This document shows, piece after piece, positions 50,962 through 64,000 of a DNA stretch of 64,000 nucleotides. This DNA is from the human T2T-CHM13v2.0 reference genome, Homo sapiens, in NCBI RefSeq assembly GCF_009914755.1, contig NC_060927.1, one strand, 5' to 3'. The first letter of the stretch is position 1. Every line of letters starts with the position of its first letter. The position numbers and the translations under genes are program-made. The notes below the pieces were generated by a model that was not told the DNA's origin, searched no databases, and was given only the letters and a program-made list of their open reading frames with translations.

Positions 50962-51418
50962 TTAAAAGGCAGCACTGGGGACCACATCATGATATGGGCT
51001 GAAATTTTAGCCTCAAACATGCAAAGGGCAAAATTCAGTAGAAGTAAAAGGGACAAATTAAGAGACTTACAAACCTGGACTCATCATCTGTATTTGCTAC
51101 TTGATGCCTGAGAGAACATAGGCAAAAAACATATCCCCCATCTGCATCGGTCATCTTATCTTTAAAATGGGCACAGTCATCTGCACTTAAATATGTTGTC
51201 ACAAAGAAAAGGGACAACGTTGATCAAGTGTTTAGCAAATTTTATGGCACCTAGCACTCAAAAATTAATCATAACTATTATTGTTATGTTTATAAAAATG
51301 AACTAGCCTTTAATTTTTATGGTTCCTAGTTTTTCCCTTGGAAATAGACTCACAAAAATGAAAAAATAAGGTTACAAAATATCATGTAGAAAGAACTGTC
51401 ATTTGTACCAGGGAATAA

Positions 51419-51716
51419 ACACACACACACAGTATGTCTGTGTAAACATATACTGTGTGTGTGTGTGTGTGTATATATATGTGTGTGTGTGTGTATATAT
51501 GTATATATGTGTGTATATATGTATATATGTATATATATGTACATATACATATATATGTGTATATATGTGCATATATATACACATATATATGTATATATAT
51601 GTACATATATATGTATATATATGTACATATATATACATATATATACGTATATATATGTATATATATGTACATATATATACGTATATATACGTATATATAT
51701 GTATATATATGTATGT
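51419..51716. repeat. Complex (CA)n/(TG)n/(TA)n microsatellite, ~300 bp
   Basis: Seen directly. Source of the spurious Tyr/Ile/Val ORFs. Confidence 0.97.
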
Positions 51717-51868
51717 GGGGGGGGGTGCATATAAAGTTAGGGAGGATATTCTCCAAAGAATTAACAGGAACTTCCTCTGGGAGATGAGTTTATGGTTGAT
51801 TTTAATTTTATTACATTTGCTTGACTGTATTTTCTAACATGAACTTATTACTCATAAAGTGGGTGATC

Positions 51869-51930
51869 GGGGAGAGGAGCTAACGTTGAAAAGAAAAATG
51901 GGGGAGAGGAGCTAACATTGAAAAGAAAAA
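51869..51930 (+). repeat. 32-bp tandem duplication (2 copies)
   Basis: ggggagaggagctaacgttgaaaagaaaaatg followed by ggggagaggagctaacattgaaaagaaaaa. Confidence 0.95.
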
Positions 51931-52034
51931 AGAAGGAAACTAGCTAGAGGGCAAGAAGGCATGGCATATGCATATTCCCAGTTGCAAGTCTTTCTGTCTG
52001 TTACTAAACTTGGCCCTCCCTTGGGTTTTGACAG

Positions 52035-52168
52035 GATTTTTTACCCAGATCTCCACCTTGGCTGATGTGCAGGAGAATGTCATGGAATACCTTCACGTGC
52101 TTAGCCGGCCCAAAGTCATCGACCAGGAGCATGATGTGGTGTGGACCGAAGCTTACATTGACAGCACT
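52035..52168 (+). CDS. CACNA2D3: CACNA2D3 internal coding exon (134 nt; end of VWA region and start of the following segment; probably exon 13)
   Basis: Acceptor tactaaac...ccctcccttgggttttgacAG ends at 52034 and donor ACT|GTGAGT starts at 52169. G from the previous exon plus GA gives Gly, then [44 protein letters not shown], directly continuing the upstream exon in frame. Confidence 0.97.
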
Positions 52169-53559
52169 GTGAGTCCACGGGGCCCTGGGAAAGAGGCTAA
52201 GCTTTACCCCCATCCCCAAATTGTGTTAATTCCAGAAAATAGCAACTGTATCACTCTTATTTTTTGTGTTCAGTGACACTTTTCTTGATTGTTTGTATAG
52301 TGTTGGTCACCTTGACAAGCAAAGTTGGTGAAAAATCATAACGTACTAGAAAGTATGACACGTACTTCAGAAAGGTAGCTGGTCTGCACAAAAGAAATCA
52401 CGTTTTGCTTGTCTTTTCTCGTTACTTCTGTCCCACTTTTTCACATGTGTTCAAATTCTGTCAGTGTAGCAATGATTACAAGCATTCTTAGATTCTGTCC
52501 TCACCATATATGAGCCCCAGTCCTGGCAATGAATCTTTGTGTCTCAATTGGGAATGTAACCAAAGCTCAGCTCTAATAATGAATTGGGGCCACCATGGAG
52601 GCTACAGTTGCATTTTCTTCCCATGCATAAGTGAGAATATGCTTGAATGGTGGTTCAGTAGGCACTGGATTGTTGTTTGAACTCTGACCATGGGCCCATT
52701 CTAAAGCCGAATTCTAAACAGCAGATTCTGATGCTGAATTAGCTGAAAAGGAGGAGCTTTGCCAATCATCAAGTAATGGCTCAATGGCTGGGTTTCTTAT
52801 GTAATCTCAGGGTGATTTTTCATAGTGATAATAAGTCTGATGGGAGTGGTGTTTTTCATTTATTGATTGTAAGTGTTCTCACAGGGCCTCTCTCCAGTCA
52901 TTTTTGTTGGGATTAACATCACATTAATCACTGTAACCCAGACACAGCTGTCCTCCAGAGTGATCTCAATGGCTGTCATGGGTCAGCTTTTCTCTCCCTG
53001 GGCTCTCTCATTCCTGCTGCACTTCTGGCAGCTACAGGCAAACTCAGGGCAGGAAAAGCATGTGGGAACTCATTTCAGGGGACACCATGACACAGGCCAG
53101 GCCACAGCAGCCTGCCCCATCTCAGCCTTAAAGTATGCAATGCGGCCCTGGAAATAAGAATGTATCCCCTTGTCAAAAAGGGAGACTCCTTCCCCAGGAA
53201 AAGTCATCTTGAATAAAGATGAATGTTGAGCTGAAAAGGCTTCTCCGATGCTAGGGAGACCATGAGCTTTTATCAGCTTGAGTCTGTCCCCAGTTTGGTT
53301 TTAAATCATGGAAACAAAATAAGCTGCCCCATTTATGTTGGCACCATATTAACAATAGCAGCCATGGTGATAACTTCATCTTTTCTTGTATGTTGTTGGG
53401 TAAGGCAGGAAAAATAGGAGTGAGGAGGAGGAGGAGTGTGGCTAGCTAGTATTAAAGTAACCAAATCACTCAGTGGTTTTGTGTACAAACCCCAAATAGC
53501 CAGTTTGTTCAGTCATTTTATTTGTTTCATCAATTTAAAAAAATATAAGACACAGTTTC

Positions 53560-56180
53560 TACAATTAAAACATTATGGTAGTAGCACCTGGACAGACAGA
53601 TCAGTAGAGTAGAAGGTCCAAAAAATCAACTACATATGGGGATTTAGTATATAATAGAGGTGATGTGTCAGATCAGTGGGGCTAAGATGGGCTTTGTAAT
53701 AGATGCTTTTGGGAAAATCAGATAGCCATTTAGAGAAAAATAGAATTAGTTCAGTCTTCACATCATACCCAAGGAAGAAATCCAAGTGGATCAGACGTCT
53801 AAATTGTAAAAAATGAAACCATTACAAGCAGTAGAAGAAAACCTGGGTAAATTCCTCTGTGACCTGGATTCTGGGAAGACTTTAACAATGACTGCAAAAT
53901 CTACAGGCAATAAAGAGAAAGATAAATAAGTTTGACTACAACTTATTTATCAACAACAAAAAAAAACTTTTGTAAGCCAAAAACACATCATAAGCAAAGC
54001 CAAAAGACAAATGATAAAATAGGAGAAAATATTTGTGACACATAGTACACATGAAGAATTAATAATCTCCAATATACAAAGAACTTTTTAAAATTGAGGA
54101 GAAACCCCCAAAATTGCTATAGGAACAAAATGAGCAAAAAAGTTGACAATTCACAAAAAAGAATAAAAAATGGCTTTTAAACATAAGATGTACAACTTCA
54201 TAATAAGCAAAATGCAAATTAAACTATAATGAGATACCATTTCACACCCATCAGAGTGGCAAAAACTAAAAGCTTAACCTTGCACTCTGTTGGTGAGGCT
54301 ATGGGAAAAGGGACACTCTTATTCATTGATTGTGGGAATGCAAAATGGGGCAATCTCTATGGAAGTTAATTTGCATTTACCCTTTGATCCAGCAATCTTA
54401 CTTCTAAGAATTCAACCCTGAAGATGGACCTTTAACATCACAAAAATATATGCACAAGTTTGTTCATTGCAGAGCAGCTTGTAATTTCAAAATATGGGAA
54501 GTTACCTAAATGCCCAAACATAAGAGATTGAATAGACTATGGTACCTACACCTAATGGAGTCAATATTAAAAACAAGAATGAGAATGACCTGCATTAGTT
54601 GATAGAGAGTGATTTACAGAATATACTTCTAAGTAAAATGAGCAAAATCACATATAGCATACTACTTTTTGCAAGAATTATATATAGCATACTACCTTTT
54701 ATATAGGAAATGAGGAAAAAAGAAGATAGATATGTAATTACTTACTTTACAAAAAAAAAAAAGAAAAAGCAAAAACAAGAAACAGAATAAACCAGAAACC
54801 AACAGAACTGGTTACCAACAGAACTATCATTCCCTCCCCAAGCCATCTTCTCTGCACCACCTCCCACATCTTATTAGGATATGGGAGGTGGTGCAGGGCT
54901 TGGGGAGAAAATGACACAACTCTGAGTATACCTTTTTGCACAGTTTTGACTTTTGAAAGCATATGAATGTTCTGTGTATTCAAAAATTAAACAAGATTGG
55001 GGGGAAATTAAAAGTGAATGCAAACAGAACAAAATGAATCCAATAATATTTCAAGTGAATAAAAAATTTCTCAGAAAGGGAGGAAAAAAACTTTAGAATA
55101 TAGTAGTACACACAATATTAAATTTTGAACACAATACTTTCACTCTCTACCCCTCAATCTAGGGAGGAAAAGAGAACTGCAAATAAATTCTAAACTCCAT
55201 TTGGTGTCATTTGTGGTAATATGGTTACAGCAATTCTGAATCCATTTTGTGAGTATGGAGGTATTGGGCAAATGTGTAAATGCTGAAGACAGGGGATCTG
55301 CCTATGGGATTAGACTTGATTGGAAAATCCCAACTCTGTCTTTCTAAAGGACCTATAAGCAGTGGCACCCAAGTAGCAATGAGCCCATCCAGTACCCAGA
55401 TTCTGGCTTCTAAAAAACACTCCCCACTAAGAGGAGCCAGGGACCCTTAGAGTAATTGCTTATTCCAGGGCTGCAGCAGAGAAGGTACCAAATAATAATA
55501 ATGATGATGACAATAATAATAATAAGCTTGGAATATTTTGTGCCAGAAACTAAGGAAGTGCTCAAAACAATAATGTGGTCATGTCAAAAGGACACAGGAT
55601 CAGCATGAAGAGGCTCTCATTGGTCAAATCTGGGACAATTTGAGCCTCAAAATAAGGAATGACAATAATGGTTTGTAACTTGTTGAATAAAACAGAAATC
55701 CACATGTCCTTACTGATAATAAATAACTAAACAAATCCCAAACAGATGAACCAGATACGTAAGTCAGTGGGTGAGAAGAGTGCAGTGTATGATGGAGTGC
55801 TGACTGGCAAATGAGGAGGGAGTGATGGAGTTGGAAAATCACTATTTTGCAACCATTTTGGTAAAGACCAGTTAGGGCAAAGGTCTGTCAATGGATGCTA
55901 AATCTAGGGGGAAAGTTCGATGATGAGCAGGGTATTTTTATGACCTCAAAATGCTTCCCTAGACTTTTCATTAGTCTTGAGGGGGAAAAAGTGGCACCTG
56001 AACAGTGGGATACTATGTACACTGTCTTAGTATACTATATATTGGATGAATCTCAGCAACATCTTGAGCGGGTCCTCAAAATTAGCACCACCAATGAGAA
56101 GCAGATGGACATTGTGTGCCTGCAGAGAAAGACACATCACACTTATGTATTGTTTTGACCAGGGACACATAACCTGATGC
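53560..56180 (+). mobile_element. Old L1MC-type element: ORF2 3' part and long 3'UTR
   Basis: aaatgcaaattaaactataatgagataccatttcacacccatcaga and ccctttgatccagcaatcttacttcta, then an L1MC-like 3'UTR. Boundaries approximate. Confidence 0.75.
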
Positions 56181-57875
56181 TCACGGCAGATATAAGTTCA
56201 TGAAGCAGATACAGCTTTGCATTAATATGATGCCTTGCTTTAGGTAATGTTCAGCACTTAAATCGGTTGTTGTATTAGATTTGCTAATTACATACAGATA
56301 TAGGAAGTTAGAGGGGGAACCCATTGCTACTCAAACTTTTGCGCTGAAGTACTTTTGTGACCACAGAGCCAAAATATATGGTCTGGGGCAGATCTGGGCA
56401 TGTAGTTACAGAGGAAAGTCTCTGAAGTCTTTTGCTTTATCTTAAACATTTGCACAAATTTTACATTCTGTGCCATAATCATTCTTATTTACTTTAAAAT
56501 AACATTTCACGTGGCCCATTACTAAGTAAACTTGGTATGCCAAGATGACAGAGCTCATTTATTCTACTTCTTAAAGAACTCTTTGAGGTTCATAAAACTA
56601 AACCCACAAAATCAGGTTATCCCTAAAATGATAGCCCAACATTGTTGCTGTGCTTCCCAAGGTTCTGTTGCTGTATCTTTGCAAATTGCCCTAATAAATA
56701 CATCTCCCGGTAGAATGTTCTGAGGGTTCCTTCTCCTCTTCATGGTGTTGAGCAACCTGTCAGGCCAGGAAGGGCACTGGGGAGTCTGTCTTCCTCTTTG
56801 TTAGGTCTGCCGGGTGAAGAGAAGGCAGCTGCTGCTTCAACAGGTACCTCTGACCAGGAAGCAGCAGTTTCTTCCAGCTCCTTATGTGGACCTGGATTCT
56901 GCCAGGACACGAACAAACAAACAACAACAAAACCCCATCATTTATACGGGGTCAAAACAGGGTTCACATGGTGAACTCATCTGCAGAGTCTAAATTCTGA
57001 GATGCTTACCAACTTTGGAACCACCCAGAAGATCAAGGGGGAGATGAGCAGTTTTGAATTTATGACTGTCCTGACACATCCAGGACAGTTTCAAGCCAGC
57101 ATTACCCTAAGGTGACCCAGCTTGCAGTAATGAAAGAGACTAGACTCCACGAGCACTTGGCATTAGGAATGATGATTGACTCCATTTTAGTAACCTGATG
57201 TTTTGTTGGTATTGATAGCTCTGGATTTTTTTTTAAGCATATTTATCGTCTACCTTAGTTTATTCACTAAGGGCACTGAATTTAGGTTAGAACAGCATCC
57301 CAGGTTTGAATTGCATGCCTACTCCATATTTGCTCTGTGACTTTAAGCCAGTTACTTAGCCTCTTTGAGTATAGTTTTCCTCATTTCTAACATGAGAATA
57401 CGACCTGCCTTCCAGGGTTCACTCTAAGGATTAAATGTCTATGCATAGTATGAATGCAATAAATACTATTTATTGTCATTTCCCAATTTTAGAAAACCTA
57501 GTGTGAGTTTATTTCCTGGGCTGAAGGAAGTTTTTAAAAATACTGGATTCTTCTTTCTTTGAGCTGGGTCTCACATAGTAACTACATGATTGTTACCATA
57601 TTCATAATAGAACTTGGTAGTTAAGTATGATGAGTATCTTGGAAAACATTGTTTGTTTAACGATACTCTTTAATTCTTTGGAATTCACTTGGCTGTAATT
57701 ATGTGCTGTGAGCCAGGCACTAATGTCTGGGGGTGGGTGCCTGGGTCAGTGTCCCCAGAAAACACTGGGATTGTGCCGCACTAGCCAGGCAGAACCTTTC
57801 ACCCCAACACCCTTACTGAGGAGAGCCCTTGCTGAATTACACAAGGAAAGGGAAATACGGTAGCAGCCCCCTTCA

Positions 57876-58388
<513 letters not shown>

Positions 58389-59084
58389 TTAATTGGCCAC
58401 AGCTTAACTGACTCAGTGTCAGTTAAGCGCCCTTGGCAATGCAGCCATTTGTGCCTGTCGCCCACAGCACCCTGGACATGTGATCTGGAAGGCCATTCTG
58501 GTGCACGAAGCATATGTCTGTTCCCCATGCTTGAGTTGCAAGCTTACTTGAAGTCAGTTGTCTTCATTCCCAAACCTATTGATGCCAGTGGTAATTTTAT
58601 CATAATTGTATAAATGAATTAAATATTATTTAAACCAACAAATTGTGAGTATGAAAAGAAAGTCATTGTTTCTGTGAATCTGTAAATGAATGCTTTGGAA
58701 AGACTGTAAAGAAAGTTGCTAAAAAATTACCACTGTGCTGAATACGGGCAAAGCAACCATAAAAAACTAGGGAGAAAAAAAACATCTTCCTTGCATTCAG
58801 AGAAAACTGATGCTTAATTTTTCTTTCCTTCTTTCTATAGGGTAATTTTCCTTGATTTGTTTTTGTCATCCTTGGTTGATGTGGTGGATCTGGGGGCTGG
58901 GTTAGTGTCTGCTTTTTCTCTTATTGTCTCTTAGTGGCCTCGGGCAGCTGTGTACTCCAAGAAGGAGAACAGATCTTTCCAGACACAGAGAGAGGGGTCA
59001 CTAATTGGTGTGTGAGCAGCTGTGATTTCCATCTAGAAACAACCAACACACTCCCATTATGTGGGTCAGCATCACCTGTATGGC

Positions 59085-59681
59085 TCTGCTAGTTCTCTAC
59101 TGCCCTTTAACAAATCAGCACAGACTTAGTGGCTTTAAACAGCACAAGTGTATCATCTCCAGGTTGCCATGGATCAAAAGTCTCAGCACAAGTTAGGTGG
59201 ATCCTCAGCTCAGGCACTCACAAGGCTACAAGGAAGCGTTGGCTGCACTGCAGGTCTCATCTGCAACTCAGGGGCCTCTTCTAAGCTCATTCAGCTTGTT
59301 GGCAGAATTCAGTTCTTTGCCCGTATAGGACTGAGTTCCCATTTTCTTGCTTGCTGTCAGCTGGGGACCACTCCCAGCTCCCAAAGGCCACCCAAAGTTC
59401 CTTGCCATGTGGCCCCTGTAGGCTGTCACACAATGCTGTTTGTTTTCCTCCAGCCCAGCAAAAATACATCTCTCTGATGCTTCACTTTCCCTTAAAAGCT
59501 TCTTCCATTAAGTCAGGCTGACTCAGGATCATTTCTTTTTTAATTAACTCCAAGTCAATTGATTAGTAATCTAATTATACCAGGGATATCCCATCAGCTC
59601 ACACTCAAGGAGAGGGAATTTGATGGGGTGTGTACTGGGGGCAGAAATCTTGGGGGCCATTTTTGAATCTTGCCTACCCCA
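59085..59681 (-). mobile_element. MLT1 (MLT1E/F-like) solo LTR
   Basis: taacaaatcagcacagacttagtggctttaaacagcac...ttgttggcagaattcagttc...ggggccatttttgaatcttgcctacc. Confidence 0.75.
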
Positions 59682-62009
59682 GTGGTCTCTGTCCATGTGC
59701 TCTGGTCTGAGAGGGAAAGATAATGCCAGAAGGAAATGCAACCATATCTCCTGCAAACTGTCAAGAGAAGGTTTTAGGATAGCTATGTCCATTCTTCATC
59801 ATAACATTTCTACTTAGCACTGATGTTTCCCAGAGGAGCCTGGTTCTCTTTGTTATATTGCAGTCTGAAAGGAGCTGTGATTCCTTTAGGAATCAGAAGA
59901 TCTGTGACCCTGCTGATGTGTATTATTTCTACTAAATACTAAGGGAGTAGGTAAGTATTTGTTGATTATCTAGTATGTTTGGACACTTGTACCCAAAAGA
60001 TGGCTTAATATGGTCTGACTCTTCTTTCTCTGTAATTATCTGGGTAGTTAAGGAAAAGGAATTCCTCTTTGCTTGACTCATCAGTTTTTGTGGCTGAAAA
60101 CCCAGCAGCAATAAATATAATTATATAACTGATTTAATGCTTAAATAAATAGCTTAAAAATGACCCGTGAGTATAGTGCTTTCGCTATTAATTATACATT
60201 GATCCATAGTTTTGGTTCTGGACAAGTTCAAGATAAAAGTTTAGCTGTGAACAGAAGCTGAGTTTGGGTTCTTGCACATGAGAGCCAATCATTGCATTTA
60301 ACCAATTCTAGAATCAGAAACTGACAAAACTTCCTTTCAGGGCCCATTCTCCCTGCTTGTTGCTACCAGTCTGATTAAATATTCTGTTTCCTGCTTGGCT
60401 GTTCTGTTCAATTTGTTTTCCTGGTGAAATCCAAATAAATGACTTAATGTTAACAACATTAATTATGTTGAATCTAATAAGATCTCATGTATTAATTGAC
60501 AAAACAGCAAACACCAGAATTCTGAAATTCATAGGCCTCTCATATGAATACAAGTCATGCATAGTCATTATCTCTTAGGTGCAGAGCAAAAAATCATTAA
60601 CAATGGAATTTGTTCCATTTTAAAAGCAAATGACTTGTGCTTTGGAGTTGGGTCTTAATCAGCTTGGGAATGCTATTCAACTTGCTGTGCAGGATAGAAC
60701 CAGTATCAAACCAAGGAAGCATCAGCATTCCTGATCAGCCCCTCCAGGGGAGTTTACACAGACCACAGTGACACGCAGAAGGGAAGCAAAGAAATGTTTT
60801 AGAAACAGTGGGAATGTGACCATTTAAAATAATGAGAATTCATTATCAAGCCCTCTTGCCCCTCCCGTTTGCTGGTAATGCAATTCAGTAGGCAATTTGT
60901 AGGAACTTTTCAAACCAATTTAGTTGCATTTGCAAATTGGACCTGTATCCCTCCTTCTCAGCCCCCACTAAGTCCAACTTGGAGAAAACACTATGCATTT
61001 GATAAATTGCACATTTGTTTCAGTTTCCCATCTAGGAATGGCACCTAGGCCATTTAGGAGTCATTTGGGTGATTAAGCTATAACCTCTTACTGCCTAGAA
61101 GCAATTAAACGGGGTCAAAGCCATCCTAAGGATGTTCTTGGGCTTGGAAATGGAATTTACAGTATTTTTCCAAGACACTGCTGCATATCAAAGAAGTTCC
61201 AATCGTCAAAACAAAGAGACACACGTAAAGAGAAACATAAACCATCCTGCTGGGTTGTGGAACAGAGAATGCCATCTGCATTACATGGCAAGGAGGAAAC
61301 TGATTATGTTGGGACCTCTATTTCATAGCAGATGGGTTCATTAAATTTAATAGCCTCCAGAGCCTTTAGAAACCGTGTTAAAAACATGTGGAGCATGCTG
61401 TGACACTTCACTTCTGGCCCCGCAGTCATTATAACTCTGGCACAGACTATAAATATTACAGTACTTTATTTCCATTGAAACAGATTACTGTTATGATTAT
61501 TTTTTTCCAGGAGATGTTAAAAATATGAGTGTATTCCTGATTTTTGGTACCACTTATATGCATCCAAATATTTTCCTCTTCCATTGATTCTAGAGTTTTC
61601 TATTAAACAGAGTTGGTATTATAAAACCATGAATTGATGATATAAAATTATTATCTTCAGAAAAGATGTCCTAAAACTCTATATGGGTGACTGTCAACTA
61701 GTAGAAAAGCTTAGGGCTAAAAATGAAAATGATTTCTAGATTTCAGGTGTTTATTGTTGTTTCTGCTTTTATGGATTAATGATTTGCAACTGTCTGTAAT
61801 GAAAGAACAGCCTCTATCCTCTGCCATACACCAATGGATAAGAGCATCTAGCCTGAATAATCATACAACATGATGGCTTATTCAGCACTCTTTGTTTACA
61901 AGTCACAGCTTCCAGTGCAAAGTGGGAATGGTCAAAAAGGCAATTTGATGACTCTTGGAACCAGGATGTCTGTGCAGTTCTGTCTTGAGGCGTGACTAGA
62001 TTCAGGGGT

Positions 62010-62406
62010 TGTATTAGTTTCTTCTCGCATCACTATTAATATAAAGAACTACCCGAGACTGAGACTGGGTAATTTATAACGAAAAGAGGTTTAATTGGCT
62101 CAGGGTTCTGCAGGCTATGTAGGAAGCATGGCTGAGGAGGCCTCAGGAAACTTACAATCATCGTGGAAGGCAAAGGGGAAGCAGGCATGTCCTATATGAC
62201 TGGAGCAGGAGGAAGAGAGAGAGTGGGGAGGTGCTACACACTTTTGAGCAACCAGATCTCGTGAGCACTCACTCACTCTCAGGAGAACAGCAAGGGCGGA
62301 CATCTGCACCCATGATCCAGTCAACTCCCAGCAGGCCACTTCTCCAACACCGGGGGTTACAATTTGATACAAGATTTGGGTGGGGACATAGACCCAAACC
62401 ATATCA
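62010..62406 (-). mobile_element. MSTA-like MaLR solo LTR
   Basis: tgtattagt...caaaccatatca termini. Perfect TSD ggggt at 62005-62009 and 62407-62411. Confidence 0.9.
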
Positions 62407-62446
62407 GGGGTTAATCCCAATATTATTTTGACTTGCTCTTTGACTA

Positions 62447-62752
62447 TTTTTTTTTTTTTTTTTTTTTTTTTGAAATGGAGTCTCACTCTGTCGCCCAGGC
62501 TGGAGTGCAGTGGTAAGATCTTGGCTCACTGCAACTTCTGCCTCCTGAGTTCAAGTGATTCTCCTGCCTTAGCCTCCTGAGTAGCTGGGATTACAGGCGC
62601 CCGCCACCACACCTGGCTAACTTTTTGTATTTTTAGTAGAGACAGGGTTTCACCATACTGGCCAGGCTGGTCTCGAACTCCTGACCTTGTGATCTGCCTG
62701 CCTTAGCCTCCCAAAGTGCTGGGATTACAGATGTGAGCCACCACGCCCGGCC
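62447..62752 (-). mobile_element. Alu (AluS-type)
   Basis: Poly(T) followed by a full antisense Alu ending ccacgcccggcc. Confidence 0.96.
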
Positions 62753-64000
62753 ACTGTTCCTTGACTCTTGTTGGCTTAATTCCCAGACAGGATCTCTCTA
62801 CATGGTGCCAAAAATGGCTCTACTGTTTTTGGTATCTAACATAATGTTGTTAACTTTCATTACATTTATAAACCTTAATTTATTTGCCTTTCAGCATTTA
62901 TATTAAGCCTATGATAGATAGGCCTGTTTGAGTCACAGCCAAACGTTGAGAGATGAGACAGACCTATGACTTAATGGCCTCAATCTCACAGAGTGAGGAG
63001 AAATCAATCCAAAAGGAAATTGATCCTGGGAAGACCGAGAAGTACCAGAGTCCTGCACAAAACTTGTTGGTAGAATCCGAAACCAATCCACGCCTAAGAT
63101 CATGTACCACATCAGCAGGGTATTAATTATGATACCATACTGTTAAGCTATGGAGCCCTTTAGTTAAATGTCTTTGTGGACCCTTTCATATAAAGCATAT
63201 AGAAGCAGAGGTCCTCTGGTAGGTATTGGGAAATGGAGACACGAAGCCCAGTTGCTTGGCCACATCCCAGGGAGACTCTGAAGCATTGTTTTCATCTTTC
63301 CTTGCACTGCAGAGCCTAGGTAGTATTCTAAGTAATCAGGTGTCAACCTCTGAGAATAGTCGTATAGGATTCTCTGCTGTGGATTCTCTGTTGTACCCTT
63401 TAGTTTACAACAGAGTGCTGGGTTGAGTCCAGTTAGGAAAGATGGCTATGGGGATTGGCAGGTTGTGTCTGTATTCAAAAATCAAATTGAGAAAGTTAGT
63501 ATAGTAATATGACTATTTTATCATATTTCGGCCTTATTTTTCTTCATCACTTCTGATGATCAAACACTGGCTCATTGTACTTCTGTCACCTCTTAGAAAG
63601 CATTGGCTGTAGGCAAGAGAACCCACTCAAGCTGTGAGAAATTTACTGGATGGCTCAGGGGCAGCCCCAGGAGGGATAAGGACCATCAAGGAGCAAGAAG
63701 CCACCAAGAGCAAATGACCACTCTTTTTGTTCTTTCTTCCTTCTTCCTTTGTTCTTTTTTCTTGTCCCTCCTACTTGCCATCCCCAGTCATCGGTGAAAC
63801 ACAGTTTCCTGGTCTCCTCCCAGTCCTGGCTTTACATAATGCCCCAGTTGAGATCCAAAAAGGATGAAATCAGTGTGTGTTGTGTATCTGAGTTTACATT
63901 TCTGAGCAAATTATATACACAACTCACTCTAGCCCATGGTTCCATTGAGGTCAGATGTCCATCATTTATCCAATCAGTTATGTCCCAGAAGGCCAAGGGA

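Noticed and set aside
51350-51837. Tyr/Ile-rich ORFs (also at 23692-24091)
   Set aside because: Microsatellite translations.

Overview
Primate, almost certainly human, genomic DNA from inside the CACNA2D3 gene (voltage-gated calcium channel auxiliary subunit alpha2delta-3), transcribed on the + strand. Only two coding exons are present: 40429-40507 (79 nt, [27 protein letters not shown]) and 52035-52168 (134 nt, [45 protein letters not shown]). They splice in frame across an 11.5-kb GT-AG intron. The rest is intron packed with transposon relics: about 14 Alu pieces, a 5'-inverted near-full-length L1PA, old L1M/L2/MIR, MaLR and ERV solo LTRs, a piggyBac MER75 MITE, and TG/TA microsatellites. 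Nearly all ORFs in the supplied track are repeat-derived or spurious. I see no evidence of a genuinely new biological system. The most interesting structures are four. (i) A ~970-bp FLAM+L1M+inverted Alu+Alu block that sits in a MIR between one target-site duplication and looks imported from another locus. (ii) A twin-primed L1 that keeps its whole 5'UTR but inverted, so the antisense promoter faces ORF2, nested in an Alu tail with one 15-bp TSD around both elements. (iii) The two exons total 213 nt, phase 0 to phase 0, so a back-spliced circle would be a stop-free ORF. (iv) A MER75 carrying a PGBD4-like N-terminal ORF and an apparent micro-inversion. Repeat subfamily names and the gene call rest on recalled consensus and protein sequences, not on database searches.
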